Part shown: positions 1 through 11,357 of the stretch, in pieces
Numbering within the stretch: position 1 is the first letter of the stretch
Layout: each line of letters opens with the position of its first letter
Origin: Elsinoe ampelina
Lineage: Eukaryota
Direction: 5' to 3'
Length of the DNA stretch: 60,425 nucleotides
Assembly: GCA_010093995.1 (NCBI GenBank)
Contig: ML992516.1
Coordinates: 478,422-538,846 of the forward strand
Made by a program: the position numbers and the translations under genes
Notes under the pieces: generated by a model
The model's input: only the letters and a program-made list of their open reading frames with translations
The model's database searches: none
Told to the model about the DNA's origin: nothing

Positions 1-3000
1 TTATATTTTTTAAGTAATCTAGCTAGCGGCTAAGAGCGTCTACTCCGCTATTCTCTAATCCCTTAATATAGTAGATCTAGAAGTTATAGCTTATAAGTGT
101 TTCTAACTATCGAACCTATTATCTATTAAGAACCTTAGTTATTATCTAATATAGAAGGTTCTTATAGTTAGTATAGACTTATATAGGTAAAGTTGTCTCT
201 TCTAGATATACTCTCTATTCGTAGAATACTTCTATAATTGTAAGTAATTCCTTATCGTATATATCGTAGTTAAGTTTAGGTCTAGTTATTTTTCGTAAGT
301 AGTATATAATTAGGTAGCGTCGTTCTTCTACGCCCTTCTACGCTAGATACGCTTCTATCGTAAAGTCCGAGGCATTTGTTTCTAGTAGTGCTTATTAGTC
401 TAGGTCGAAGAGTACTAGGACAGGTACTATTATAAGCCTAAGCTTTAGCTCCTTAAAGGCCTACCTATACCTCTTATTAAAGACAAAGCTAGTTTCCTTT
501 TTCGTAAGGTTAGATATTAGTATAGCTACCTTAGAGAATCCTTTAATAAACTTATAGTAGTAGTTAAAGAACTCTAGTAGCGCTTAAACCTTCTTAACTG
601 TTGTAGGTTCTAGCTAGTTATTTACTAACTCGATCTTCTTCGGATCGGGTTTAATGCTATTAGTAGATATAATATAGCTTAGAAATTGTATCTTATATTT
701 ATAGAACTTACACTTAGAGAGTTTTACTAGTAGGTCTTTTTCTTTTAGTTTCTATAGCACTTTATAAACATGTCCTACGTGTTTATTATATATCTTTAAG
801 AAGATAATAATATTATCTAAATATACTAAGACAAAATTGTTAAGGTATTCTTATAGAGTGTTATTAATTAACTCTTAGAAGGTTATAGAAGCGTTAGTTA
901 ACCTAAAGGGCATAACGAGGTACTTATATAGACTCTATTACGTCCTAAAAGCCGTCTTCTACTCCTTACTCTCCTTTATTTATACTTAATAATAGGCATC
1001 CCTAATGTTAATTACGGTAAACTATTTAGCTCTAAGTAGTTAGTCTTAAAGTTTGTCGATCCTTAGTAGGGGATAGCGATTCTTCCTAGTAAGTGTATTA
1101 AGTTTCTAGTAATTAATGTATATTTATAACGTTCTATCCTTTTTTAGTGTAAAAAGCACTCTATGCGTAATAGGTAATTTTAATAGTCGTATAAATCCTT
1201 TAAGTAAGTACTTGTCGATATAGTTCTTAAGAATATTCTCCTCTTGTTTTAATAGTAGTATAAGACCTTAATAGTATATTAGGGATTTACCTTCTTCGAA
1301 AGGTATTTTGTAATTCTATAGTTTATATTAGGGCAAGGCTATAATACCTTTTCTTTCTTTAAACAAGTCCTTAAAGTCTTTATATTTTGGTAGAAGTGCT
1401 TAATTACTTACGCTAGCAATAGCTCTAACTATTAGTCGTACCTATACTGTCCTTATAGTTAGTATCTATAGAGCTAATTATGCTCTCTATATTCTATAAT
1501 TACACTTAGAGAATTTAAGTGTTTCTTTAATCTAGTCTATGTCTAGATTATATTATTAAAGCTAGTCTATACTAAGTACTATATTGTACTATATGTTAAC
1601 TATATCGATTAATTGTTTTTCTATATGTATTTCGATTTAAATTATAACGTTTTATAGTTCCTAAGTAACTTTCCTATTCTTCTCTATAGAGGTTCTATCC
1701 GCTATAGTAAGTAGGTAAGGTAACTCCTTCTAGTGTTAATAAAGTTTAAGCTAATTAGTAACTATTATAGAGACGTAGCTATAGTTAGCTCCTAAATCTA
1801 TTATTGCTCTTACCTTACTCTCTTATATTTTAACTTCTAGTATAAAGTAGTTTAACGTGTAGATCTTTATTATATTAAGGCTTTAGCTAGTGTTATTGTC
1901 TTACCTTATTAGGCGACAACTAGCTAGTTTTTTGTCATTATAGCTCCTTAGATAAGTAGCTAATTCCTTTCTATATATATCTACTATTAGTACTATATTT
2001 ATTAGGCAAGTTATGTTTTGTCGCTATTTAATATAGTAAGGTAAACTTCTAGTACCTAAGTCCCTTAGTAACTATAAAGTTTAATAATTCCCTACTAGTT
2101 ATACTAAGTAGTATTATATACTCGTATAGGTATAACTATTTCTTCTAGGTATAGCTAGGCGTTAGTATTAAAGATAAAAACAAGTTATATAGATTTATCT
2201 TATCGCGTCCTATTCTAGTAGTAGGTGTATATTATTATATAATTCCTTTATATCCCTATAAGGTATACTTTAAGTCGTCCGCTCGATAGTAGTACGTCGT
2301 TGTCGTCGTTGTCGAATAAGTCCTTATCTATGTTATTATATTGTAGTTATTTAGTATATTCTTTATTATATTTCTCTTCGTCGCTACTGCCCCTAGTATA
2401 GTTATAGTTAGTAAGGCTATACTAAGTATATTCTTTTACTTAGCTATAGGGAATAGTACTATCTATCTTAATTACCGAGAAGTCTATAGTGTATTTAAGA
2501 CTAATAGTGTCTTCTCTAAGTATATTATATAAGTAGATAGTATAGTACTATTTACAATTTAGATTTATACATTTCTAGAGCGATATATAATACGCCTTTC
2601 CTTATAGTTCGCTATAAGGGCTAAAGGTAAGGCTACTATATTATCGTATAGCACTTGTGTCCTAATACTTTATCTCGATAATTGTATATTAGTAATTGTC
2701 GCTAACTACCTTCTAAGGTTAGTTAATGTTACTACTAATTATAGAGAGCCTTTCTAGGTTAAGCCTCTAGTCTAGCTGTTTTGTTAGTTACCTACGCTTA
2801 TATAGCTTATATAGGAACTAACTAGATCCTTACTTGTCTAATAAGTAAATATAATAAGAGTTATTATAATATACTATCTATAATAGCGTTACATTTTAGC
2901 TTTGTCATTTGCTATTAGTTATAGAGATGTTAAGCGTAACATCCGGAGAGAATTCTATTATCTCTTAAGTCGTCGTAGATCTCTTCTATATTTCCTTACC

Positions 3001-4488
3001 TACGCTAAAGGTCGTTAGGTCTTCTATAGTAGTGTTAGCCTTTTTTTCTACTAGCCCGGCAACTATTATATATAATTTATTAGCTAGCGCCCCTTGTTAA
3101 TAGTCCCTAGCCTAATACCTAAGTCTTTTATACTTAAAACATAAGTTATCTTATCTGTACTTCTTTCTCTCTTTTCTACTAAGGAACTTTCCTCTACGAC
3201 TATAGCCTTGTACCTATAAGGAGTAGCCTTTGTATATAGTATTAAGTTCTATAGAGTCTCTATAGTTTCGGGAGGAACGTATATATCTAGTATTTACTTT
3301 ATATCCTCTACGACGTTCTATGCGTTGTTTGTAAAGTCTATTATTAATAGTAATTATAGTGTCTACTAGTTCCTAAAGGCTATTGGGCAGCTTAGGTATT
3401 ATTTAGTCTTTAACTAAGTCGCTTAGTCCTTAATAGAATACTAAGTGTTTAGTACTATCGTCCTAGTCTAGGTACATTACGAGTTATTAGAACTAGGAAT
3501 AGTACTAGGCTATAGACCTATATTGTTATAATTGTTAAATCTTCGTCGCGGCGATATATTTCTTGTTAGATACGTTAAAGACTTACTTAATCTTTGCCTA
3601 GAAGATGCTAAAGCTCTTAAAGATAGCCTTTATATCTAGGCCTAGTTATCTATCTAGGTAGCTACTTATATAAGGCTTAAACTACCCGAAGGCGGCGCTC
3701 TTAAGGTATATCCCGGCATAGAGGACCTTTGCCGCGTCGTTGCTATACTTATCTCTCTCTAGAGCGAAGAAGGCTTTAAGTTAAACAAGGAAGCGCCTTA
3801 AGTAAGCATAGTCCTTATAGAAGAGTTCTACCTCTAACTTAGGCCTACTCTGTCCTTCTATACTAAAAGACCTTCTATGTTCGCTCGAGGTTAAACTAGT
3901 AGTAGACATGTTATTAATAGTAAGCTTTCCTAGCTTACTAGCGATTAAAGATGCTAATAGTAACTTAGAGCGAGAGTTACTTATTAACCTTATAGCGTGC
4001 TATACTATAGTAAGGGTAGTTAAAATGTTATAAACTGTCTAAATATAGCTTACGCTAGTAGTCTAAGCTAAGCTAAGAACGAGGTAGTTCTACTTCTATA
4101 GTAGTATAGCACTAAGGTAAGAGTTAGAGAAGGTATGTCTTATAGATAATAAAGTATAATTAGATAGTATTATAAAGGCTAGCCTTAGTAATACTAGTGT
4201 TTACTATCTAGACGAGGTTAACTATAGTACTTATATAAGGTAAGAACTATTCCTATATATATATATTCTCTATTATGTTCTCTATATACTTTATATACTC
4301 CGTAGTAAGAGTCAGGAGCAATATAGAGTATACGTCCGCTAGTAACCTACGTGCTCTATAGTTTTAGAGGTAGAGCCGCTAGAGAAGATAGAGAACCGAG
4401 TAAACGTTAGGCTAGGTTACGTAATAATCTCGGTAGCTTAATTAGTCCTAACGTCTCTACATTCTAGCTGTCCTACTAGTTCGTAACA
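1..4488 (-). mobile_element. RIP-inactivated Ty3/gypsy LTR retrotransposon (5' LTR, gag, protease, RT, RNase H); runs off the left edge before integrase
   Basis: Minus-strand relic motifs in gypsy order: gag zinc knuckle CFK(C)KR(PGH)xARD(C) ~3098-3145, protease A(M)ID(S)GA ~1785-1810, RT Y(E)YLV(M)PF(G)LTNA ~890-930 and VYLD(D)III ~805-832, RNase H ET(D)ASD ~365-385 and NYDI(H)DKELL ~240-272. Residues in brackets are restored by reversing C>T/G>A changes. Very TpA-rich and CpA/TpG-poor with many stops. Confidence 0.93.
4026..4488 (-). repeat. Probable 5' LTR (463 bp) of the gypsy element
   Basis: Starts TGTTATAA and ends TCGTAACA (TG...CA; the ends are inverted repeats apart from RIP-type changes). 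Lies just upstream of a candidate gag ATG at ~3909. The second LTR is outside the window. Confidence 0.7.
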
Positions 4489-5850
4489 ATAAGACCTATA
4501 GGAGAACGATTAATAGTAGCTTTACTATTATAAATAGTAGTAGCCTAGGTATACTTATTCTCTATTATAATCTAGTAGTACTTACTAGTTAATATACACT
4601 AGTATAACCTCTTATAGTTATAGTAATTACAATTAGTACAAGTCTATACTAACTCTAATAGAGGCTTCTTATTACTATTTACGCCCTCGAGCGCACTATA
4701 CAATTAGCTCGTTACTAAGCCTTAACCTTATAATAGTAGCGCTAGCTATACTACCTACGAAGATAGTAGTATTATACTAGCTACTAGAGTCTATACTATC
4801 CTTACTAGCGTCGATCTAAGGGAGAATTACTATAAAGGCAGCAGTAGTAGACCTATTAAAGAGCTTAGAACTAGTATAGTTAAAGGTAGTTATATAACTC
4901 TTAAATTTGCTATAGAGTTTATAGCTATTAGTACCTTCTTTATCTCGGTAGTAAGACTAAGCCTAAGCTACTAGTAATCCTTAGTAAGCTAATCTTTAAG
5001 CTTATTAACTAGCCTCTATATCTTAGCTAGCTCTAATATTACTACTCTAAATAGCTACTATATACTAAGACACTTATAGGTAGTAGTATAATTAAGTAAA
5101 AGTAGCTTAAGTATAGCTTAAGTAATAAGACTACTCTTCTCTACTACCTAATTAGCTAGTACTAACTACGATAGATTACTTAGCTAGCTAAACATATGCT
5201 TATTATAGTATAGAGTCTTACTTCTAAGCTTTACTACTAGCTTTACCTCTACTATCTAACTAAGATAGAGTATATCTAAGTCGCTAGAATTAGTCTTTAG
5301 TAACTCTAGTACTTATAACAACTATAGCACCTCTATTACCTATATATCTAGCTCTTCCTCTAGTACTATATCTAACTTAATTAACTACCTTAGCTAGTCT
5401 AGTATAAGTATTAGAAACCTTAATTAAAGAGATAGCTACTAAGATCTAGCTTATAAAGGTAGTATAACTTAGTTTATAGCTTACTCTATAAGCCTCTAAA
5501 GAGCTAGGTTAGTAGATATAACCTTTAGATAAGGTACTACCTATGCTAGCGCTAGTATATAGCTCTTTAGCTAAATAGTTAAACTATAACAAAGGTTATC
5601 TAGTACCTCCTCTAATAAGCTTAAGAAGTGCCTTAAAGAAGAAGAGACTAGTAGTAATAATAGAGAAGTAGAGGATATTATAATTGCCTCCTATGCTGCC
5701 CTTAAAGGTTTCTTCGTATAGCTAGAGTAATAGTTAGTTATAGAAGAAGGACACTTACGAGCTATGATTTAGTAACGTTAGTATATACTAACTAGTCTAT
5801 TATACCTTTTTTTAGCTTTAATTTCATTTAAATAGACAGCGTTGTTAAGC
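4489..5850. other. RIP-mutated AT-rich sequence of unidentified origin, possibly an eroded + strand coding region
   Basis: Same TpA enrichment as the retroelement, fading toward ~5850. The + frame at ~5500-5772 reads like protein once TAG/TAA are read as CAG/CAA/TGG (...KCLKEEET...ASYAALKGFF...EEGHLRAMI*). Confidence 0.45.
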
Positions 5851-6189
5851 TATTCGACTCTATATTCTCTCTGGACCTCCAGCCAGCCAATTTTGGTGAG
5901 CAGAAGTCGGTGAAGAGTACCGCCAAGCCCGGGGTGGCTCGGTTGAACTCAAAACGACTGTATTCTTCGAGTCATTGTCCGCGGAGAATCGAGTCATTCA
6001 CCTCCACCGCCGCTTTCTGAGCTTTCCGAGCTTTGCTTCACTTTTTCTGCATCCCCGCTCACTTTGCGAATTGCTCGACATACGACACTGCACGACACTG
6101 TTCCTCTGCTGCAACCGCAGCGCTACCATCAATTCGAGTGAAAGAGATCAATCTGACAATCACTGCAGCAAGGCGCATCTCTCATCGCC

Positions 6190-7720
6190 ATGTCCGAGGT
6201 CGAAAAGGCCCCTGCGGCTGCTGCAGAGCAGGTCGAGTCCAATGAGACTGAGGTCAAGCCTGCTGAGGCCAACGGCGTGAAGACTGCTGAAGAAAAGACC
6301 ACTGATACTGCTGGTATGAAGGTCTGATCTCAATCTGCGACTCCTGCTAATCTACCTTCTCTCAGACCCTAAGGTCAAGCAGGCTGTCGAGACTGCCGAG
6401 CCAGAGAAGAATGGCAGTGCCGAGATTGAGGACAAGGAGAATGCACAGAATGGAGAAGCCAAGTCGGAGGGCAAGACCGGTGGCAGAGAACGGGACGAAA
6501 TTGACGAGAAGATCGACCGCTATGCCCGCGAGACCAAGCGCCCATTCCAGAGGAAGCCCAAGCAGATCAGGTCCAACTTTGAGAACCTCCCAGAGACCGA
6601 CGATGCCGATGAGATCAGACGCCAGGTCGAGTTCTACTTTTCCGACGCCAATCTCCATCAGGATGCATTCCTCCTAAGAGAGACTGGTGGTAGCCAGAAC
6701 AGACCTTTCCCTCTCAAGCAACTCCACACCTTTAAGCGCATGAGACGTTTCCAGCCATTCAGCGCCGTACTCGCAGCAGTCAAGGACAGCAAGGTTCTCG
6801 ATGTCAACGACCAGGATGAGATCACCCGTAAGACTCCCATGAGCGAGGACTACGACGAGGAGGATACCCGTCAGAACAAGCGCATCTATGAGGAAAAGTC
6901 CATGGCCCGCACTGTCTACGCCAAGGGCTTCGGTGAAGAGATTGAGACCACTCAGACCGACATTGAAGAATTCTTCGCTCCCTATGGAGATGTCAGTGCT
7001 GTCCGTCTTCGTCGCTGGTCTGCCCAAGGCGAATTCAAGGGCAGCGTTCTTGTTGAGTTTGCAGACGAGGAGACTGCCAAATCCTTCCTCGACCTCGACC
7101 CGAAGCCAAAGTGGCAAGGCAAGCACGAACTCGAATTCCGCACCAAGAAAGAATGGTCAGAAGAGAAGAAGAAGTGGGAGGCTGATCATCCTCGCCGCGA
7201 CAACGACAGATATCAGAACAAGGGCAAGAAGTTTGATCGCAGGGATAATCGCCGAGATGATCGTGGTGGCAGGTACGAGAATCGTGGGTACAAGGGACGG
7301 GGTGGAGGTCGTCGTGATAGGAGCCGGGATAGGAGCAGGGACAGGAGCAGGGATAGGAGCAGGAGCCGCAGCCGCAGCCCTCGCCGCAGAGGTGACGATG
7401 AGGATTGGCGTGACCGCCGCGACAGGGAGCGAAGTGATCGTCGGGATCGTGGAGGTCGTCGTGACAACAACAAGGGCAGGCGTGGGGATGACCGTCGTTC
7501 GAAGCGCGACAGGGATGATGATCGCGAGGATCGTGAAGAGAAGCAGGATAAGCGCGAGAGGACTCCAGAGTCTGGCGATGAAGTCAGCAAGCTTGCGTCC
7601 AAGAAAAGGTCGAGAGATGATGCAGAAGGAGGCGCTGAGCCAGAAGCGAAGAAGGTCAAGGGGGATGAGAGTGAGGTCAAGACGGACAAGGCTGCTGAGG
7701 AGGTTTCTGCTGCTGCATGA
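6190..7720 (+). CDS. LHP1: La RNA-binding protein (La motif + RRM, Arg/Asp/Ser-rich C-terminus)
   Basis: ATG 6190, intron 6314-6365 (GTATGA..CTAAT..CAG). La motif IRRQVEFYFSDANL..D.FL...PL...TFKRMRR; RRM RTVYAKGF...FKGSVLVEF. Confidence 0.9.
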
Positions 7721-7931
7721 TGAGTCGTCTGCGGACATTCATCTCGTGGATCATCGTCATTTTTACGACTGCTGCACGTCGACGGCGCTCAAAACGAGGA
7801 TCTCGGATCTGTGTTTACGGCGCAGGGCGTTTATAGAGGACACGGTGGTGTCGACACAGCTCAATGGCATATTGATTTCGAACAATCTTCTGGATCTACC
7901 ACAGTATTCAATCGATGTATACGAAATACTA

Positions 7932-10898
7932 TCAAAGCCCTCTCATCAACTCCTTCAAGGTAATCGGCTTCCTCACCGCATTAGAGTATCCTTCATGGAA
8001 ACTCACCCAGATTCTCCCCTCACCTTTTCCTTCTTTCTTTCTTTCCCTAATCGGCTCCCCATTCCCCCTCGGTTCCTCCACCACCACTCTCCCAAAGAAA
8101 TCCCTCTTCAACCCCTTCCCCTTCTTCACTACCTCCTCCGTCTTCTCATCCTCCACCTCCTCACCATCATCCTTCTTCCCCCTCCTCCCCCTCTTCTCCC
8201 CTTCCAACTTCCGCTCCTCATTCCCGCACTCCTGCACCAGAACCTGCCTCACTCCGTACCGTCCTCCCGCCGCAGAGATACCAGCGACGTCATTCCCCCA
8301 ACCCTTCCCTGCCGTCTCGTACACGCCGTATTCATCCACCCCAGGAGCAAGACGGTACACCCACCCGCCTACATTCTTCCCTCCCTGCCCTCCCGTTTGA
8401 CCAGGGAGCAGCTCGACCCTGTGCCTCTCGAAGCGACAGCCGGTGGCGAGCATGGCCCTCACTGCCCTCTCGATGAGGAGTCGTTCAGACGCTTTCCGGA
8501 CAGATGCAGTGGTGCGATTGTCCCCTTTGCTTTGGCCGTGAGAGGAGGTGATGAGCACGGGGTTGACCGAGGGAGAGAGCATGCGGAGGAGGTAAGGGAT
8601 GAATTCGATGGCTAGGCCTTCGATGCGGGGGTAGAGACGGGTGAGAGGGAGGGAGAGGGATTCGTGTAGGGTTTGAAGCAGAGCGGTGTGGGATTTCTGT
8701 CGTTCGTGGGCGGCGAAGGAGGCGGTTGGGAGGGTGAATGGGTGGGGCTCGTCGGCTTGTTGGACTGTGTCATTACTGGATTGGAAGGCGGGTTTGGTGT
8801 AGCTGGTGTAGCGGGCTCGGGTGGCTGCTGAGGTAGCGAAGAGGTGGTGAAAGCCGAGAGCTGGGGTGGAGAGATACGGTGCGAGTTCCCATTCTGACGA
8901 AGAGAACACGGCGGAGCTAAGGACGTCGTGGAAATGGAGCCATTCGTACGCTTGAGCTGGTTTAGTGAGGAAATTGTCGTCTTGGAATGGTTGAGAGGGA
9001 TATGAGGAGAAGAGATCGGTCATGATGCGGTCTGATTCGCCATGGCCGTCGATGAGGGTTCGGAGGTGGGAGGATGATGCCGATTTGAGAGCTTCGTTGA
9101 CGGACTTGACGCTGGTGGTCAGTAGGGCGGAATTCGACGAAGATGTGGTGATTGTCGCTGAACGAGAAACACCTGCACCTTCCATGAATACACGGTCGAC
9201 AATTTCTCTGGTACCGCCTCGACCAAGACCTCGAATAGCACCGTTGGCTGTTGGGTCTGACATATGGGTCTCTAGCCACTTTTTTGTCAGGCGAGGGCAG
9301 TTGTCGATAGCCATGGACATGATCCGACCTGCTATCCATTCACTCATGACCAGCACGGATCGAATGTCGCCTTCACCTGCACCTGCACCTGCACCGCCTT
9401 CTTTTTTGCTGACAGTGCCCCAGCAGCCTTCACAGAGACGTCGGACAGCGTCACCATCGGCTGGGATACCTTCACGCTCGAAAATGCTCTTGACTCTGCT
9501 TGCAACTGTGTTGAGAGCTGGCCGACCACAGTGAATGATCTCGACAAGATTGCTGGACCGTAGAGGACGGAGAGAGGCATGATAGGCGTCGTTGCAGATC
9601 ATGATTAATGGTCTCATCATGCGGAAATTGTCTCCCTTCCGCTTGGACTTGTTTGTTGAGTTTATCGCGGGTCCAGCTGCGTTTCTGGCATTCTTCTGAT
9701 CAAGTAGTACCAGATCAATCAATGCCTTCATGAATCCGCCTTCACCACCCGAAGAACCAGATACTACGCCATCGACCTCGTCTACAATCACACAGATAGG
9801 CTTTGCAATTTTCATCGCTCCCGATGCAGTCGTCGTTGATCCAGATTTGACATTCTCGGTACCAAGCATGTCTCTAATTCGACCTTTGACCACATCTTTG
9901 GATCTATCATCGCTCGCGTTGATCTCTGTGACTTCATAGCCTGCTTGTTTCGCACAGACATGGGCAAGAGTTGTCTTTCCGAGTCCAGGTGGTCCAGTCA
10001 GTAAGAGGATCTTCCGATGTTGCTTCTGCTCTTGGTCTGGTTGCTGTTGTCTGTTCTTGGACATGTGAGTCCGCTTTGCTGATCCAGGGAAGACTACTGG
10101 GTCCCATGCCTTGAGCCAGTGCATGACCGTTCGATGGGTGCGGTCGTCGCCCACCAGATCTGTGAATTTACGAGCTCTGTACTTTTCGGTCCACATCAAG
10201 GTACGACCTTTTGTTGACTTTATCGTCGCAGTCTCTACTGTCTGTACGGCAGGCGTCACAGTCTTCTCGCTTTCAGAGATGATCGATTCAGCTTCAGCTC
10301 TCTCCATGAGGCTATTAATGTCGATGCCATAATAGCTTCGCCGTGCTTTGCCAGCAACAGCTTCTGATCGGGAAGCGATGATCTGCTCGTATGTTGCAGA
10401 CTTGGTCGCCACCCGTTTTCGAAGGTGAAAGGACTTTCCAGATGTGGTTCGGATTGCCAGTCCTTCGCCTTGTGAGGACGGAGGTGTTAAGAGTGCTGGG
10501 CTGTCAATATCTACAAAACCTTCAGGTGATTCATCCTGGACAAGCCTTCGCGGCTGGGTGAGGATGCTGCTGCCGAGAAGCGGTCGTAGATTCGTCTTGG
10601 TCACTTCAACAGTCTTGATTTGCTCATGAGTGACATTCTCCTTGCCATGGACTGCAACCTGCTCGGTCGTCTTCTGATGCACGATTTCGTGGTTCACACC
10701 TTCATCGTCCGAGTCCTCTTGGAAAAGTCCATGCCTCTGTGTGTTATTCGAGGTCTTTGGTCGTAGGGGAGATCTACCTTCGTGATCTGATCGTAAGGGA
10801 GATCTACCTTCGTGATCTGATCGTTTTCTCTTCCGTGGTGACGTGACCTGTGGTGAAGAGCTGTGTGGATATGCTACCGGGGAAGATATGAACGGCAT
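7932..10898 (-). CDS. CTF18: Chromosome transmission fidelity protein 18 (alternative RFC clamp-loader AAA+ subunit)
   Basis: 988-aa ORF with WTEKYRARKFTDL, Walker A GPPGLGKTT, EINASDDR, DEVDG, RPLIMICND and C-terminal WVSFHEGYSNAVRKPIT. Confidence 0.96.
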   Translation of the reverse strand: MPFISSPVAYPHSSSPQVTSPRKRKRSDHEGRSPLRSDHEGRSPLRPKTSNNTQRHGLFQEDSDDEGVNHEIVHQKTTEQVAVHGKENVTHEQIKTVEVTKTNLRPLLGSSILTQPRRLVQDESPEGFVDIDSPALLTPPSSQGEGLAIRTTSGKSFHLRKRVATKSATYEQIIASRSEAVAGKARRSYYGIDINSLMERAEAESIISESEKTVTPAVQTVETATIKSTKGRTLMWTEKYRARKFTDLVGDDRTHRTVMHWLKAWDPVVFPGSAKRTHMSKNRQQQPDQEQKQHRKILLLTGPPGLGKTTLAHVCAKQAGYEVTEINASDDRSKDVVKGRIRDMLGTENVKSGSTTTASGAMKIAKPICVIVDEVDGVVSGSSGGEGGFMKALIDLVLLDQKNARNAAGPAINSTNKSKRKGDNFRMMRPLIMICNDAYHASLRPLRSSNLVEIIHCGRPALNTVASRVKSIFEREGIPADGDAVRRLCEGCWGTVSKKEGGAGAGAGEGDIRSVLVMSEWIAGRIMSMAIDNCPRLTKKWLETHMSDPTANGAIRGLGRGGTREIVDRVFMEGAGVSRSATITTSSSNSALLTTSVKSVNEALKSASSSHLRTLIDGHGESDRIMTDLFSSYPSQPFQDDNFLTKPAQAYEWLHFHDVLSSAVFSSSEWELAPYLSTPALGFHHLFATSAATRARYTSYTKPAFQSSNDTVQQADEPHPFTLPTASFAAHERQKSHTALLQTLHESLSLPLTRLYPRIEGLAIEFIPYLLRMLSPSVNPVLITSSHGQSKGDNRTTASVRKASERLLIERAVRAMLATGCRFERHRVELLPGQTGGQGGKNVGGWVYRLAPGVDEYGVYETAGKGWGNDVAGISAAGGRYGVRQVLVQECGNEERKLEGEKRGRRGKKDDGEEVEDEKTEEVVKKGKGLKRDFFGRVVVEEPRGNGEPIRERKKEGKGEGRIWVSFHEGYSNAVRKPITLKELMRGL
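10761..10824. repeat. 30-bp in-frame tandem duplication in the CTF18 N-terminus (RSDHEGRSPL x2)
   Basis: TCGTA(G/A)GGGAGATCTACCTTCGTGATCTGA twice, one mismatch. Confidence 0.9.
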
Positions 10899-11357
10899 GG
10901 TGCCAGTCTGCAGCTTGTGTATAGTCCAGCAGACGTCTACTAGTCCAGTGTCTGTGAATTACTGAAAGGTGGTATACAGCAGAAGCGCGAAAAGTGACCT
11001 CGACGCGTTCTGGGACGACGCGACTAAATTTAGGGCTGAAATTCTGCGGCTTCCTCGTTTGGTGGGGCAGTTTCCCACCTCCGCACCCAATCTTGAGCCT
11101 CTTGAGCCTCAGCTCTTTGACAGGTTCATCTTCGTCGCCAATAATCAATTCACAGCAACATCTGGATAGACCATCGATCAGTCACGGTATCATGTGAGAG
11201 CGGCAATTGGCATACACATCATTGCGACAATCGTACGACCTACGTCCGAACCAAGCGCATACTTGTCAAATAGATCGACACTCATCTCCTCCTTCAACGG
11301 TCGCAAAGTGTCTATTCGACTCAAATGGTCTAGAAAACATGCTCTGGAGTCTCCTGC

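Noticed and set aside
6888..8615. 575-aa + strand ORF
   Set aside because: Off-frame shadow of La plus antisense of CTF18; low-complexity with no domain motifs.
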